The translations under genes were made by a program, and so were the position numbers. A model generated the notes under the pieces. The model saw only the letters and a program-made list of their open reading frames with translations. It was not told where the DNA came from and ran no database searches. From assembly GCA_965263355.1 (NCBI GenBank), contig CBDHHL010000032.1, forward strand, positions 448,001 to 512,000: a stretch of 64,000 bases of DNA, given 5' to 3'. Below are positions 63,201 through 64,000 of the stretch, in pieces; position 1 is the stretch's first letter; every line of letters begins with the position of its first letter. Source of the stretch: Leptolyngbyaceae cyanobacterium (GTDB taxonomy: Bacteria > Cyanobacteriota > Cyanobacteriia > Phormidesmidales > Phormidesmidaceae).

Positions 63201-64000
63201 GGAGAAGGGGGTAACGACACCATCATTGGGGGAACTGGCCATGAGATTTTAGAGGGTGGTGCTGGGGATGATGAGATCGCAGCCGGAACTGGCAATGACG
63301 TCGTTCTAGGCGGTACCGGAGACGATGACCTCCAGGGAGAGGGCGGCAACGACACCATCACAGGTGGAGAAGGCGCTGATACTCTCTCCGGAGGCGACGG
63401 CAATGACACCCTGAATTTTGACGCCAATGACATCCTGGACGGCGGCAGCGGCAGTGATGTTGGTGTTTACCAGGGAACTACTGGCATTAACCTCAACATT
63501 GATGACGTCAGCCTGGAAGAAATTCACGGCAATATTGGGGATGACACCTTTAAATCAACCGTCGGTAATGCGGTCAAGATTTTCAGTGGTGCTGGTAACG
63601 ACACCCTAGAAACTGGTAACGGTAACGATCAGCTCTTTGGTGGCAAAGGTGACGACACCATTATATCCACAGGTGGTCACAACTACATCGAGGGTGGCAC
63701 AGGCAGCGATACCATCACCACAGGTGACGGTAACGATACACTAGTGGCCGATGCTGGAGATGATGTTTTGGTAGCTGGTGATGGCCATGATGTCTTAAAG
63801 GGCGGCGCTGGTGCCGATAGTCTTAATGCAGGTGCTGGCAATGACACCCTCTACTTTGATGCTGACGACACATTGGTAGATGCAGGTGCTGGCAACGAAG
63901 ATACAGCCTATTACGAGAGCAGTGATGCTCTCACCATTGATTTGGATGCGACAGGTATTGAAACACTCCACAGTAATGCAGGTGACGATATTATCACGGC
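60249..64000 (+). CDS. Giant RTX/haemolysin-type Ca-binding repeat protein (>1250 aa, runs off the window)
   Basis: Own translation from ATG 60249; dozens of GGxGxDxL nonapeptides; same frame at the window end. Confidence 0.9.
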   Translation, partial: MGSKSNSSVIDNVLRGSVFSDVLIGLEFNDEIQGYEENDVWLSGEAGNDLVVGGAGNDILSGGEGNDLLHGDFSEGSGWELGDDGNYSYTPLNFVTNSLQSSGYDEAFPPGDNLAIYNDLIFGGLGNDIILGSWGDDAISGGLGNDIINGGIGNDYWLAGGAGNDTINGDDGHDILEGGAGNDILNGGNGNDILTGGTGQDTLYAGDGEDIADGGEGSDLVDGGDGNDQLTGGLGNDKILGGDGHDTMDGGDGEDTLIGGAGDDYSMLGGSGNDALYGEAGHDFMDGGAGNDVMYGGREDDVMLGGEGTDHIYGGEGIDRIDGGAGVDVIEGNSGDDDIHGGDNDDEIAGGTGQDILYGDAGNDIVNGGEGHDFIDGGEGSDTLDGSAGMDVIEGGSGNDLIRGGADNDSWLSGGAGQDEIYGDAGDDVLSGGDDNDQLQGGIGNDVLMGDGGNDVLLGGEGDDYWLDGGDGNDTINAGAGHDVATGGVGDDVVIGDDGNDTLLGDTGNDQLFGDAGDDILDGGDGADRLEGDIGNDTLKGGDGADLIRGGDGVDYVEGGAGDDNITGDAGDDSLLGDAGADIVDGGTGHDYLAGGAGADILIGGADNDTIQAGDDNDTLYGDDGYDILEGGDGSDTLSGGNQEDILKGDAGNDVLDGGDGHDVLDGGADNDLLQGQTGNDALTGDTGNDTLQGGLGDDYLSGGADNDVLEGGAGIDVLEGGDGADALYGGAGDDGWLSGQTGADIIDGGAGHDVLSGGAGVDQLQGGAGNDTVFFDAADTVVKGDAGYDVAIVETADGASLDLGANSFNEAHGNAGNDTFTNTNGAGGPSSESVAMFGNAGDDALTGGSANDYLDAGAGNDVASGGAGDDYALGGEGADALGGDAGNDLLKGNAGNDTLEGGDGHDTIDGGDGADILLGGAGHDTVKFDAADTVDGGAGYDVAKAQGDVGVTLDLGASQIELAYGTEGADVFTNSSNNSVEIHGEGGNDTIIGGTGHEILEGGAGDDEIAAGTGNDVVLGGTGDDDLQGEGGNDTITGGEGADTLSGGDGNDTLNFDANDILDGGSGSDVGVYQGTTGINLNIDDVSLEEIHGNIGDDTFKSTVGNAVKIFSGAGNDTLETGNGNDQLFGGKGDDTIISTGGHNYIEGGTGSDTITTGDGNDTLVADAGDDVLVAGDGHDVLKGGAGADSLNAGAGNDTLYFDADDTLVDAGAGNEDTAYYESSDALTIDLDATGIETLHSNAGDDIIT

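Noticed and set aside
57635..63609. Ser/Pro-rich ORFs antisense to or overlapping the RTX genes
   Set aside because: Shadow frames of GGxGxD repeat-coding DNA.

Overview
This is a chromosomal segment of a cyanobacterium, probably Leptolyngbya/Leptothoe-like; the taxonomy is inferred from cikA, frequent HIP1 GCGATCGC sites and the gene content. Housekeeping genes (cikA, sat, mnmA, nnr, cysE, rpiA, aroC, dut) are interspersed with accessory blocks. The most interesting blocks are: (1) a polysaccharide locus (45.3-60 kb) whose cellulose-synthase-like GT2 lacks PilZ, carries an RsbW-type anti-sigma/Ser-kinase domain inside its catalytic domain and is followed by a STAS anti-anti-sigma gene, with GH9, GH2, a haem-c hybrid kinase, a broken GH16-RTX gene, a beta-barrel protein and a giant RTX protein nearby; (2) a proteobacterial-type dapD / class-IV aminotransferase / dapE cluster in which all three enzymes carry substitutions at normally conserved specificity motifs; (3) a repeat-bounded, attC-like cassette region with a coupled cupin-like + NadM-like gene pair, next to a methyltransferase-dioxygenase fusion; (4) a chromosomal parM-parR-like pair. 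The window also holds several MITE families, an IS1 remnant with a nested MITE, and many pseudogenes. All calls come from reading motifs by eye; no database searches were run.
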